Positions 26,574 to 36,419 of a stretch of DNA of 64,000 nt are shown here, piece after piece. A program made the translations under genes and the position numbers. Every line of letters begins with the position of its first letter. Position 1 is the stretch's first letter. The DNA comes from Candidatus Aenigmatarchaeota archaeon. GTDB lineage: Archaea > Aenigmatarchaeota > Aenigmatarchaeia > GW2011-AR5. The stretch covers positions 800,001 to 864,000 of the forward strand of contig JACPJW010000001.1 of the NCBI GenBank assembly GCA_016187335.1, written 5' to 3'. The notes below the pieces were generated by a model. It worked only from the letters and a program-made list of their open reading frames with translations. It searched no databases and was not told the origin of the DNA.

Positions 26574-26622
26574 ATGGTCTTATAGTGAAACCAGAAAATA
26601 AACACCAATACACGCAAAGAAA

Positions 26623-27408
26623 TTAATAAACTCCTTCCCTTATCTTCTGCAAATCAAGCAGGTCGTCCTCGTCAAACTCAGAGGGCGGCCCCAGCGCCAG
26701 AAGGTTCTTCAGTGAGATATCCTCGACAGCCCAGTACATGACGCTTTCGTCGTTCTTTGAATGCCCGCGATGCGCGGCGTCCTCGTGGTCGCGCTCGCTT
26801 TTGTAATTTATGTTTACAAGCCCCATCAGGTGCCCCAGCTCGTGGATCGTAACGGCTTTCTCAATCTGCGGATAAAGAACCAGCGCCGATGTGGCGTCCT
26901 GCATTCTTTCAGGGAACAGCGCGATAGTTGATGCTTTGTAGACAACGCCAAGCGCGCCGCTTTGCTCGAAATTACCGTTTACCGACAGGACGTAGACAAC
27001 AGCCGTGCTTCCGGAAGTGTAGTGGTTTCGGTTTTCCTTTTCTATGGCAAGCAGGTCGGAAACAGCATAAACATTTTTCGTTGCTTCAATGACGTTGCCG
27101 CCTGAAAACGTAACGGACTTGCCTGCATTTCTGCGGAAGAAATCCGCTATCTTGTTTTTCGTTGCCGCCGCCGGCTCGTGGCCGCTGGCGTAATCTATTT
27201 CCACGATTACTTCGCGGCCGGGCTGCAGGTATTCGTGGTTGAGCCCGCCGGCATCGCGGTCGTCCGGCTTTGGCTGTGAAAAGAAAGGCGGCTGTTCAGG
27301 CTGCCCGCCTTGCTCCGGCTGCGTCGCATTCATCCGGCCTGCTGGAATGGGAATCTGGACGCAACCGGCTATGAGCAGCACGGTTATTAAGAGAAACGCG
27401 CATCGCAT
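26623..27408 (-). CDS. Lipoprotein-like zinc metallopeptidase
   Basis: LLIAGC lipobox-like signal; TIHELGHLMGL...H...SVMY. Confidence 0.75.
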   Translation of the reverse strand: MRCAFLLITVLLIAGCVQIPIPAGRMNATQPEQGGQPEQPPFFSQPKPDDRDAGGLNHEYLQPGREVIVEIDYASGHEPAAATKNKIADFFRRNAGKSVTFSGGNVIEATKNVYAVSDLLAIEKENRNHYTSGSTAVVYVLSVNGNFEQSGALGVVYKASTIALFPERMQDATSALVLYPQIEKAVTIHELGHLMGLVNINYKSERDHEDAAHRGHSKNDESVMYWAVEDISLKNLLALGPPSEFDEDDLLDLQKIREGVY

Positions 27409-27459
27409 GATTAATTTGTCGCGCTAAACTTTATTTCCTTATCTGACGTTAAATCACTC

Positions 27460-28596
27460 ATGACCGCCGAGATGCTTTTGTCCATAGGGATGCTCCTGCT
27501 TTTCGCGAAGATATTCGGCGAGCTTGCGGAGCGCTTCGGCGTGGCGTCGCTTGTCGGGGAAATTGCTGCGGGCATCTTCGTCGGGCCGCTCCTGGGCATC
27601 GCGCAACTCGGTCCATTTCTCAATGTGATAATGACCCTCGGGATCGTTTTTCTTCTTTTTTATTCCGGCCTTGAAGTCAAGCTGGAGGACATCCGCCCTG
27701 ATTTGTACACCGCGTCTACGCTGGCAACGCTGGGCGGCGCGGCTTCCGCTTTGCTTGCTTCCGCCGTGAGCTACTATTTTTTCCATGATGTTCTCACTTC
27801 AATAATCATAGGAATCGTGCTGATATCAACGAGCAACGGCACTGTGTTCCGGATTTTGGCAAAAACAGGCAATTTCAAGACGGCGATAGGGCGCTTGGTG
27901 ATAGCAACGACAATCGCCGATGACGTCGTGAGCATACTTGCGCTGTCCTTCTTCACCTCGCTTGTGCTGAAAAGCGGCGTTTACGTCAACGAGCTGTTCA
28001 CGCTGCTGCTTATCAGCCTTGGTTTCTATCTGTTCCTTCTGACAGCCGGCACAAGGGTGTTCAGCAGGTTTTTATCAGTCACAGGCCTGTTCCGCGACGA
28101 GCAGATATTCCTGGCAATGCCCGTTTCAATAGCGTTTCTGGCCAGCGTGTTCACGGAGAATCTGGGGCTCAGCTTTGCCACCGGAGCATTTTTGACGGGC
28201 ATGGCAATGAGCAAGTCAAGGTTCGCGGAAACCATCATAGTCCCGAAGATGGGCATTATAAGCAACGGCTTTCTGATTCCGCTCTTCTACGCTGCCGTGG
28301 GCACCCTGATTATTTTCAGCGGCATAAATTATTTCCTGGTCGTCATGCTGCTCGTCGCCGCGCTTCTCGGCAAGATGGTTCTTTTCGCGGCGGGCTATTT
28401 CATCGGGCTGACGACAAACGAGGCGAAGATGCTCGGCATAATAATGACCCCGCGGGGAGACAGCAACATAGTTTTCGCGCAGATAGCCCTGCTGCTCGGG
28501 ACGATATCCCTGCATCTTTACTCCTCGCTGATTTTTGTCATAATCGCGACAACGCTCATTGCGCCCGTCCTGCTCAGGGTTTTCGGGGTGAAGTAG
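27460..28596 (+). CDS. Cation:proton antiporter (CPA2, NapA/KefB-like)
   Basis: About 13 TM helices; GEIAAGIFVGP, FLLFYSGLE, ATTIADDV, GAFLTG, TPRGD. Confidence 0.88.
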   Translation: MTAEMLLSIGMLLLFAKIFGELAERFGVASLVGEIAAGIFVGPLLGIAQLGPFLNVIMTLGIVFLLFYSGLEVKLEDIRPDLYTASTLATLGGAASALLASAVSYYFFHDVLTSIIIGIVLISTSNGTVFRILAKTGNFKTAIGRLVIATTIADDVVSILALSFFTSLVLKSGVYVNELFTLLLISLGFYLFLLTAGTRVFSRFLSVTGLFRDEQIFLAMPVSIAFLASVFTENLGLSFATGAFLTGMAMSKSRFAETIIVPKMGIISNGFLIPLFYAAVGTLIIFSGINYFLVVMLLVAALLGKMVLFAAGYFIGLTTNEAKMLGIIMTPRGDSNIVFAQIALLLGTISLHLYSSLIFVIIATTLIAPVLLRVFGVK

Positions 28597-28605
28597 AAGA
28601 AGAAA

Positions 28606-29727
28606 TTATTGTATGTCCAACAAGACAGGTATTCTCTGGGCAACTAGAATCGGGTTGTATTTATAACCATATTCAGACATTTCTACAGCATGACCGTTCA
28701 CATTTTCCATTAGGACCATGTAACCATTCTCAGCAAAATTTCTTACAACATCATCCCTTTGAGCACCTAAAGATCTTTTCACGTAAGAGTAAAAACCGTA
28801 GTAATCATCAAGAGCGGCAAGAAGCAATGCCGATTCCCTGAAACTTTCTGGCAAGTCCCCGATGTCTATAAAACTTGTTCCGCTTGGATTAAACATAGTA
28901 AGTAAATCGAAATTTCTTACACCCGCTTCTTCAAGATATCTTGGTGATTCATCCAGACAAGAGGGTATATGAACAAAATCAACTTCAAGTCCAGAGATAT
29001 TTTCTTTTGCGTCCCTTTCATGAAATTTCAAATATTCTTCTGCAACATCAGGGTCTATTCCTACAATTCTCACGTTTTTTCCATGTCTCAAAAAATAATG
29101 TGCCATCATTGCGCCGTATGGCATAGACCCGCATCCGACATCGCCGATTACTAGTCTGTCTTTTCCAAATAATCTCCTGTGCTCTACAGGATGATTACGC
29201 GCTAATTGATTGAAAACCCCGTCGAGAATGGCAACAAAAGCTATGTCTGATATTCTACAGCTATCTCCGTCAAGATTATATTTTCTCATTGCTGTTTCCA
29301 AATCAGTCAATACAGCACCTTCATATCTTACTGCTCTAACCACAGAACCTTGTGTGATTTCTTCTGGAGATGAAGTTAGAGGGTGGTCAACAAAATATCT
29401 TCCACCAGGATTAAGAGCGATGCCTATTGGTTTATCATCAATGAGAATCTTGCCAAAACTTAAGCTGCCATATTCTGGAAACTGCAGACTGAGAAGGGTT
29501 CTGAAAGGGTCTGGATCTCTCGCGTCCGCCATTTGTAGTAATGTATGATTATCTTCGTTTCTATATGCCTGTAGAAATCTTTCATTTTCTTCTCCGAGAG
29601 CGCGGCCGCCGATACCATCAACCCTAGGCCGATACCCTAATCTTTTCGCTAAATTTAAGTAAAAATCGGTAAAGCTTCTTTCAGGAAAAATGGCAAGCGG
29701 GCTGTAACCTGCTTGGATATGAGGCAT
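28606..29727 (-). CDS. Hypothetical protein with a C-terminal SAM-methyltransferase-like fold
   Basis: VIGDVGCGS (motif I), VGIDP, NFDLLTMFNP; AT-rich. Confidence 0.55.
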   Translation of the reverse strand: MPHIQAGYSPLAIFPERSFTDFYLNLAKRLGYRPRVDGIGGRALGEENERFLQAYRNEDNHTLLQMADARDPDPFRTLLSLQFPEYGSLSFGKILIDDKPIGIALNPGGRYFVDHPLTSSPEEITQGSVVRAVRYEGAVLTDLETAMRKYNLDGDSCRISDIAFVAILDGVFNQLARNHPVEHRRLFGKDRLVIGDVGCGSMPYGAMMAHYFLRHGKNVRIVGIDPDVAEEYLKFHERDAKENISGLEVDFVHIPSCLDESPRYLEEAGVRNFDLLTMFNPSGTSFIDIGDLPESFRESALLLAALDDYYGFYSYVKRSLGAQRDDVVRNFAENGYMVLMENVNGHAVEMSEYGYKYNPILVAQRIPVLLDIQ

Positions 29728-29830
29728 AACATTTCTAGGAGCAGAAACTATTTAAACTTGTTACTTTTCAATAGTAAAAAACAATATTCATAATACGCGT
29801 ATTTTAATAAACAGTGTCCTAAAATTCTGT

Positions 29831-30445
29831 ATGAAATCCACTTTGATTCTTATTGCCGCATGCATTTTCGCCTTCGTTTTGCAGACAGCAGTTCAAGGAT
29901 TCACCGATGCCTTCATTCTTGACAGCGCCGCGGTGTGGTCAAGGCCGTGGACGCTCCTGACGGCTGTATTCCTTCATGCCGACCTGTTGCATCTGGGCTA
30001 CAACATGATTGCGCTGTTCTTTTTCGGAGCAATCCTGGAAAGCATAGTGGGCGCGAGGATATTCCTGCTGCTGTTCTTTATTGCTGGCTTGGACGCTTCG
30101 TTTGCTTCTCTGTTCTTTTACGAGCAGTCCCTGGGCGCGAGCGGCGCTGTTTACGGCCTGATCGGGGCATTGGCCGTACTGCGCCCGAAACTGACTGCTT
30201 TTGCTCTGGGCGTGCCGATGCCCATGATTGTGGTTGCCGGGGTATACCTTATTCTGGATATCCTCGGGGTGTTCTATCCGACAAACATTGCCAACGCCGC
30301 GCATATTGCCGGCTTGTTTGTCGGTGCGCTGGCAGGTCTGCTGTTGCGCAGGAAGTTCCCCGAGCCGAAAAGAAGGAAAAGCGAAAAAGCGTTATCGGAT
30401 AAAGAAATCCAGGAATGGGAGAAGGAATGGATGAAAAACGCTTAA
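29831..30445 (+). CDS. Rhomboid intramembrane serine protease
   Basis: PWTLLTAVFLH, HLGYNM, GASGAVYG, NAAHIAG. Confidence 0.93.
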   Translation: MKSTLILIAACIFAFVLQTAVQGFTDAFILDSAAVWSRPWTLLTAVFLHADLLHLGYNMIALFFFGAILESIVGARIFLLLFFIAGLDASFASLFFYEQSLGASGAVYGLIGALAVLRPKLTAFALGVPMPMIVVAGVYLILDILGVFYPTNIANAAHIAGLFVGALAGLLLRRKFPEPKRRKSEKALSDKEIQEWEKEWMKNA

Positions 30446-30481
30446 ATAAATCAAAGCTTTGATAGACAGCTAAGTGGTGCA

Positions 30482-30613
30482 ATGACTGTAGCGGCGTTTG
30501 TCCCGGTAAGAAATTTCGACGAAGTCAGAGGAAAGGTTGACAGGACTGCTGTTGAATTTGGCTATACAATGTTTTGGCAGCTCGTCAGAAGGCTCGAAAG
30601 CATAAGAATATGA
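30482..30613 (+). CDS. Possible 43-aa protein (not in the ORF track)
   Basis: GTGGTG upstream; MTVAAFVPVRNFDEVRGKVDRTAVEFGYTMFWQLVRRLESIRI. Confidence 0.35.
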   Translation: MTVAAFVPVRNFDEVRGKVDRTAVEFGYTMFWQLVRRLESIRI

Positions 30614-30679
30614 TTATCAAATAGTAGTTAAAAAGGAAAGGCTTAAATAAACAGCGGAGAAACAAAAAAGGATGATAAA

Positions 30680-31294
30680 ATGGTAGAGATTCAAAAAACT
30701 ATGCAGGATCACAGGGACTTTGCCCTCTTTCTGCGGGCTAACAGAAGAGAAATATACGGGGAGCTAAAAAGAAGATATGGAACCGAAAGTACTGCGTATT
30801 TTACTGAAATCGGTGAAATTGTAGCAGGCATGTATCCTCGTGATACGGCTGTAATTAATTTCGTTGGAAATAATCATGGAGATGATGTGGCTGTTTTCTG
30901 TGCACAGCATCTGGCAGAGTCTTTGGGTGTTCTTGAAATAGTGGATGGCAATCGCAATGGTTTTTCGTATCGTGTCAGAGCACAACTGCCAGAAAGATAT
31001 GTGCCTTTGACCCTAGAAGTTCATTATAGACCAGGAGCAATGATATTGTCGGATACAAACCTACCTGAACTGGTAAAGAGTCTGATAGCTGCTAAAGAAT
31101 TGGACAGATTAGAAGGAGTAAGAGACGCCCTTGCATTCACCGAACATAGAATCAGCAGCATAGATAATAATCCTGAAGGGTCTGGGATAATTTACTATCG
31201 TTTCGAGCCAGGCGATGAAGAACTCGCATGGATGACATTTAACGTTGCAAGAAGCATCACTCCGTCGTGGCTTCATCCATACGACAGGTTCTAA
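30680..31294 (+). CDS. Hypothetical protein (AT-rich orphan)
   Basis: 204-aa ORF; GGATGA upstream. Confidence 0.6.
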   Translation: MVEIQKTMQDHRDFALFLRANRREIYGELKRRYGTESTAYFTEIGEIVAGMYPRDTAVINFVGNNHGDDVAVFCAQHLAESLGVLEIVDGNRNGFSYRVRAQLPERYVPLTLEVHYRPGAMILSDTNLPELVKSLIAAKELDRLEGVRDALAFTEHRISSIDNNPEGSGIIYYRFEPGDEELAWMTFNVARSITPSWLHPYDRF

Positions 31295-31469
31295 ACAAAA
31301 GCAAGGCCTTAATTCGTCCGCTTTATTTGAATTGAAACCCCTGTGATGTATCTTCCTCACAAAACTAGAACAGAATTTTTTCAGATGCTTAGCAAAAGAT
31401 TAAGAGGTATAAAAGAACCGGAAAATCCACAGAAACAAATGGTAATTATTCTTTAGGGATTTTGTGAAT

Positions 31470-33818
31470 TTATTTCACAACGATCTCGCCCGTGGCTTTC
31501 TTCACGCCTGATGCGGGCCAGTAGCTTGTGTAAGAAAAAGATTCGTCCGCCGTGAACTCAACGGTCTTGTTGTTTCCCGGCAGGACCGCTCCTGTTGTGA
31601 ATTTGTCGTTGCCGCTGCGGAAATCAAGTCCGCCGTAGTAGACATTGTTTTCGCTGACCCTGAACATTATCTTCACCAAAGAACCCTTCAGCACCTCGAT
31701 CTTCTTCGGCGTCAGTGAGAAGTCATCGCCCTCTACAGTGAAGGACGCGTTTGCGCTTGAATTTGCCTGCTGGCTCTGGCCTGCCCTTACTTCTGCTCTC
31801 TTCTGCCCGGTCCAGTAGTTCTTGCCGTTAATCAGGGCATGAGCGCGCAAATAAATAATGCCTTCCCTTGGAGGCGTGATTGATGAAGTGAACGTGTTGG
31901 GAACCCTGAAAGAGCCCTTCGCGTATTCCTGCGTTAACGAGACATAGCCGGATTCGGCAGCGCTGACGTCGGTTCCGAAAACTCCGGGGTGCGACGCGTA
32001 ATCATAATGGACTGCCGTGTGCGTTATCGTTGCGGGAACTTCCGTTTTCACTTTCCATACAACCTGGAAATCTTTGCCGGCTGTGGCGCTCTCGGGAGCT
32101 TCCAGTTCAACTTCCGGTGTTGCCCGCTTTTCCCGGATTTTCTTTACTTCCTCTACAATCTTTGCGCGCCTTTCGGCAATCTTCTGTATTCTTTCCGACA
32201 CCTCTCCGCGCTTCCTGCATAAATCCCCGAGCACGCGCGCATGCTGGGATATGTCACGCATTTCCACGGCGATTTTAGCCGCCTTTGTCTGGTTGCCCTC
32301 CGCCTTTGCTTTCTGCAGCTCTTCGTGAAGCAACTTTGCCTTGTTCACAAGCGCTTCAACGTCATCCTTTCCGACGCACTTGTCAATCTGGGCAAGCAGT
32401 TTGTCAGCTTCGTTGACTTTCTCGACGCTTTCAGCTTCGGTTTCGCTGCTTTGCTCTTCCTCTTCTTTTATTTTTTCAGAAATTTTTTCGTCCATCTTCA
32501 GGAGTTTTTTCAGCAGGTGCAGATCTTTCCTCACTGTTGAAAGGGAATGGTGCATGAGCCTGTTGGCGTCCTCAAGCTGCCCTGCGTTTATCTTGTCGCG
32601 GACTTCCAGCAAGGTCGTTTTTGCAGCATCAATGTCATGCCTTGTTGTTGATATCAGGACGATTGCATCAGCAGTCTGCGCAGCCGATGAATTAATCTCC
32701 TCTAATTCTATCTCCAGGCTGGACAACCTGTCCTCGGTCTTATTCAAAAGATCAAGCATCTTTTCTTTTATTTTATCCCTGTGAGCCTCTCGCCTTGCCT
32801 TTTCTTCCTCAAGCTTTTCCTTCCACCTTGCCAGGTGCTCCTGGAAAGTTTTCATGGCGTTTTCGCTGCGTGAGCCGCTCGTCATTTTCACGGTGATGTT
32901 GGCAGCGCTCAGCATGTCCGCTATCTCCTGCGCCAGGGCAGGATTCCCCACAACACGGACGTCGGTGATGTTCCTGCCGTTTATTAAATCAATCAGTTCC
33001 CGCGATTTATCGGCATTGCTCGCAATCCTCACGACGCTGTTTTCCGAAGGAACGCCGCCTGTTCCCAGGACATCGCGCCAGTTCGGCGCCGCGATTATCA
33101 CAATTTTCGCTTTTGCTGATTTGTTCAGGACCTCGTTTTCAGTTTCCGTTCTCGCCCTTATTTTAATTTCAAATCCAGCCAGCTGGCTTCTCCTTTCCGG
33201 ATTATCCTCGCCGAAAATTCTTACTTTCTTCACGCCTAGGTCGCCCAGCAGTTCCAGCACCTCAGCGGGCAGCTTTCCCTTTGGAGTAAGCAGGAGAACG
33301 CATTTTTCCTGCGAGGCGTCCGTGACGGCGTCGCTCTGCAGTTCCGTGTCAGCATCGCTGTCCTTCGTGTCGTCGGCGAGCACCGTGCAGTTCGCGCCTT
33401 CCTGCCAGAAATATCTTGCTGCTTCAACGGCCGTTCCCGTTCTTTCGGTGCCCCACAATCTTACCGTTGCATAACCCCATTCCTGTATTTTCTTTTCCGC
33501 TTCCGGCTTTATGACAGCCGGTCCGCCTACAAGGATTACTGTTTTCACGCTAAGGCTGGCATCAGCAAGCTGGGTGCGCAGCTCTTCGGTTGCTTCGCCG
33601 TTTACAGCGACAAGAACAGGCACGCCGGATTTTTCCGCGGCGGTTTTGGCGATGAGAAAGTCAGCTGAAGTAATGTCAGAAACAACTATTGCTTTGTCAA
33701 TGTTTTGCGCGAACGCAACGGCAGAGAAAAGCATTACAAGCGCAAAAACGCTCAGGACGGACCTTCCATTCATGTTAACACTTATTGCGGTGATAGAAAT
33801 AAAAGCATGTTTGCGCAC
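31470..33818 (-). CDS. Large secreted surface protein: CWB2-like N-terminus, coiled coil, Ig-like domain, cupredoxin-like C-terminus
   Basis: Signal peptide; ADFLIAKTAA..VPVLV, VILVGGPAVI, VRLWGTERTGTAVEAA, VRVVGNPA; charged helical middle; C-terminal GDDFSLTPKKIEVLKGSLVKI...SYWP. Confidence 0.7.
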   Translation of the reverse strand: MRKHAFISITAISVNMNGRSVLSVFALVMLFSAVAFAQNIDKAIVVSDITSADFLIAKTAAEKSGVPVLVAVNGEATEELRTQLADASLSVKTVILVGGPAVIKPEAEKKIQEWGYATVRLWGTERTGTAVEAARYFWQEGANCTVLADDTKDSDADTELQSDAVTDASQEKCVLLLTPKGKLPAEVLELLGDLGVKKVRIFGEDNPERRSQLAGFEIKIRARTETENEVLNKSAKAKIVIIAAPNWRDVLGTGGVPSENSVVRIASNADKSRELIDLINGRNITDVRVVGNPALAQEIADMLSAANITVKMTSGSRSENAMKTFQEHLARWKEKLEEEKARREAHRDKIKEKMLDLLNKTEDRLSSLEIELEEINSSAAQTADAIVLISTTRHDIDAAKTTLLEVRDKINAGQLEDANRLMHHSLSTVRKDLHLLKKLLKMDEKISEKIKEEEEQSSETEAESVEKVNEADKLLAQIDKCVGKDDVEALVNKAKLLHEELQKAKAEGNQTKAAKIAVEMRDISQHARVLGDLCRKRGEVSERIQKIAERRAKIVEEVKKIREKRATPEVELEAPESATAGKDFQVVWKVKTEVPATITHTAVHYDYASHPGVFGTDVSAAESGYVSLTQEYAKGSFRVPNTFTSSITPPREGIIYLRAHALINGKNYWTGQKRAEVRAGQSQQANSSANASFTVEGDDFSLTPKKIEVLKGSLVKIMFRVSENNVYYGGLDFRSGNDKFTTGAVLPGNNKTVEFTADESFSYTSYWPASGVKKATGEIVVK

Positions 33819-33824
33819 ACAGGC

Positions 33825-34727
33825 TCATTTTCTTTTGTTCTTCATATAATCTTGAACAGCCTTCCTGGTCGTTACCCAGTTCCTGCCAAGCTTGACGGCA
33901 TCTATCCTGCCTTTCCTAGCCAGAAGACTAAGGTAATCCTGGCTGTATGGCGTATCTTTCGCGGCTTCTGTTAGAGAGATGTATTCCATACCCTTCCTGA
34001 ATGTGGATAAATATATGTCAAGGCTCCTGTTCACGCAATAGCCTATGAAGTTTACAAACGGCTTTACATCGCCCAGGTCAGCCTTTTTCAGGCAATCGTA
34101 GTATTTTTTCCTGTCAACCTTGAGGACTATCGTTATCGGGTATCTGTGCTTCATCAATACCAGATTCATGATAAGCCTTGCCACGCGGCCGTTTCCGTCT
34201 ACGAAAGGATGTATAGCAACGAATTTGTAATGAAGCACTGCTGCAAATTCTATATGATTCAGCTTTTCCGGGTTCGCCTGTGCGTATTCTATAAATTCTT
34301 TCATCAGTCTTGGAACTTTATCTGCCTGCGGCGGCGATTTAACGGCGCCCAGTATGCGGACGTTGATATCCCTGTAGCGGCCTCCTCTGTCATCTATTTT
34401 CTCCAGTACAACTCCGTTCAATTTTTTCACCAAATCCTCGGTTATAGACCCCTTTAGCATGTCTTCGATGAAGTCTATGGCTTCCTTGTGATTGATTGCC
34501 TCGAAATGCTCCTTCAGGCTTTTGCCCTTTATCGTTATGCCATGCTCCAGAACCAGCTTTGTTTCTTTCAGCGTCAGCGAATTGCCTTCTATGGCATTGC
34601 TGTTATAAGTGAGTTCTATTTCGAACTGCTTTCTTAGTTCTTCGAGAACTTCCTTGGGTAAAGGCCTGTGTTTATCTAAATCTTTTTTCTTTGATTCTAT
34701 TCTCTGGAGCAGCTTCTTGTCCATCAT
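33825..34727 (-). CDS. Fic-domain protein with a C-terminal HTH
   Basis: HPFVDGNGRVAR catalytic motif; SNAIEG inhibitory motif; C-terminal YISLTEAA...YLSLLARKGRIDAVKLGRNW. Confidence 0.92.
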   Translation of the reverse strand: MMDKKLLQRIESKKKDLDKHRPLPKEVLEELRKQFEIELTYNSNAIEGNSLTLKETKLVLEHGITIKGKSLKEHFEAINHKEAIDFIEDMLKGSITEDLVKKLNGVVLEKIDDRGGRYRDINVRILGAVKSPPQADKVPRLMKEFIEYAQANPEKLNHIEFAAVLHYKFVAIHPFVDGNGRVARLIMNLVLMKHRYPITIVLKVDRKKYYDCLKKADLGDVKPFVNFIGYCVNRSLDIYLSTFRKGMEYISLTEAAKDTPYSQDYLSLLARKGRIDAVKLGRNWVTTRKAVQDYMKNKRK

Positions 34728-34845
34728 AGCTAACTATAATGCATAGAAGAATTTAAATGTATCGGATAGCTCTATTTTTGATATGTCCGATACTATCGGA
34801 TATAGTATTTTTCAACATATCCGATAATTGTGCATTACAATATTT

Positions 34846-35301
34846 TCAGCACCCCGCCTTCTTCGCCCAGTCAGCGGAGCCGAACTCGCTCTCGTCGCAG
34901 AATATCTTGTACAGCACGCCGTATTTGCCTTCAAGAATGGCGTCGTTTACGTTCGTGCCGTTGCAATAAACAACGGCAAGCATCCTGCCGTAGTCGTCGT
35001 AGTATTGAAGGTCATCCTGGTCGATAATTGCATTTTTATTGAGGCATAATGATTTTGTAAATTCTGTGGCTTCCTCATAGCCTTTTTCATTTTTCTCCGG
35101 CGTGTCCACCAAAACTAAGCGGATGCGCGTTTCCCCGGCGGCAATCGTGTCGCCGTCTATGACTCTTGTAACCTGCTCAGAAAAGCACTGCGCCCTGCCC
35201 GTGCATTCAGCGAAAGCCGGCCTGGGCTTCAGGAAGAACACGGCAAGAAAAGCTATGGCGGTGATTATCAGGGCAAGAGCAAGGGCGTGTGTGCGGTTCA
35301 T
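34846..35301 (-). CDS. Thermonuclease (SNase-like), membrane-anchored
   Basis: VIDGDTI, RIRLVLVDTPE, DDYGRMLAVVY, VNDAILEGKYG. Confidence 0.92.
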   Translation of the reverse strand: MNRTHALALALIITAIAFLAVFFLKPRPAFAECTGRAQCFSEQVTRVIDGDTIAAGETRIRLVLVDTPEKNEKGYEEATEFTKSLCLNKNAIIDQDDLQYYDDYGRMLAVVYCNGTNVNDAILEGKYGVLYKIFCDESEFGSADWAKKAGC

Positions 35302-35343
35302 GAAATTATTTTATCAAGAAACAAATTAATATTCACCAATTTT

Positions 35344-36330
35344 TCATTGTCGTTCTAAGAAAAATCTTTCTACAGTCTTCATATATTGGAGAAATCTCTC
35401 GATGTCGCCTGCGCTCATTGATACTCGAGGAAATTTTTCACCATCCATTATTAATTTAAATGTGTCCCATAAAGGAGAATCCTCCCAAAGATATTTGGGT
35501 GGAAATCCTTTTTGATGTGCTTGAAGACTAACATTCCAGAGTCCTCCTAAAGCCGCTCTCAGATAAACTTCTCTCAAAAATTCATCGTCTGTTACCTCTA
35601 TTGTAATTCTCACTCTTTTTAAGAAATCAGCCTGATTTTCAAGACCACCCCTGTACACAAATGGTCTTGAAACCTTGCCACCAGCTTCCACAAAAACATC
35701 CCAATCTCTGGAAACGTAGAAATCCAGTACATCGCTCTCCCTAAGCATTTCAGTAGTAAATAAATAGGACATTAAATCTAGTGTAGGCATGTATTTTCCG
35801 TCTTTGAAAGCCCTTTCTTCGTATACGGTACGTCTAAACCAATCAGGATTTAACCATCCTCTTTCAAGTAAAAGCCCCCTGTTTCTTTCTACTCCACTTA
35901 TTTTGTCTCTATGCAATGCGCAAGTATCCCTTTGTTCCTCTCTTACAACACTACCCTTGTAAACAGTTCCTACTGTAAATCGCGGTCTGTGGTTGAATGT
36001 TCCGAAAACATAAGTGTTTCCATGACTGCCGGATGCCGACGACCTTCTTACAGCATCTAAAAATAATCGGTACGCTTCTCCGTGGTTTGGAATCCCTGAT
36101 ATCGAATTAAAAACATCGCCTTCATGCAGCGTTTCGTCGTATCTGCCACCCAAGCCTATGATGTGGTTACCAGCTACTTTAACTTTGCATACTTGATGAG
36201 TTTCGATACCAGTTACATAACGACTAGGAGATATTTCAACACTTACTGGTGTAGCAGCCATTCTATCGCTAAGCATAAGTGTCAAGTCTTTTTCCCTGCA
36301 ATATGCAACCGAGCCGAATATTTGTGTCAT
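35344..36330 (-). CDS. Hypothetical protein with a proteasome-beta-like (Ntn hydrolase) N-terminus
   Basis: (M)TQIFG...LMLSDRMAAT...CKVKVAGNHIIGLGG resembles the Thr1/Asp17/Lys33/Gly47 pattern with insertions. Confidence 0.5.
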   Translation of the reverse strand: MTQIFGSVAYCREKDLTLMLSDRMAATPVSVEISPSRYVTGIETHQVCKVKVAGNHIIGLGGRYDETLHEGDVFNSISGIPNHGEAYRLFLDAVRRSSASGSHGNTYVFGTFNHRPRFTVGTVYKGSVVREEQRDTCALHRDKISGVERNRGLLLERGWLNPDWFRRTVYEERAFKDGKYMPTLDLMSYLFTTEMLRESDVLDFYVSRDWDVFVEAGGKVSRPFVYRGGLENQADFLKRVRITIEVTDDEFLREVYLRAALGGLWNVSLQAHQKGFPPKYLWEDSPLWDTFKLIMDGEKFPRVSMSAGDIERFLQYMKTVERFFLERQ

Positions 36331-36419
36331 TTTATTGCCTTATAATTATTAACTACTTTAAAATAATGACATATTTTAACTTTATAAGCTTATTTTAGAA
36401 ACAAATTTCCGCTTTAGTT

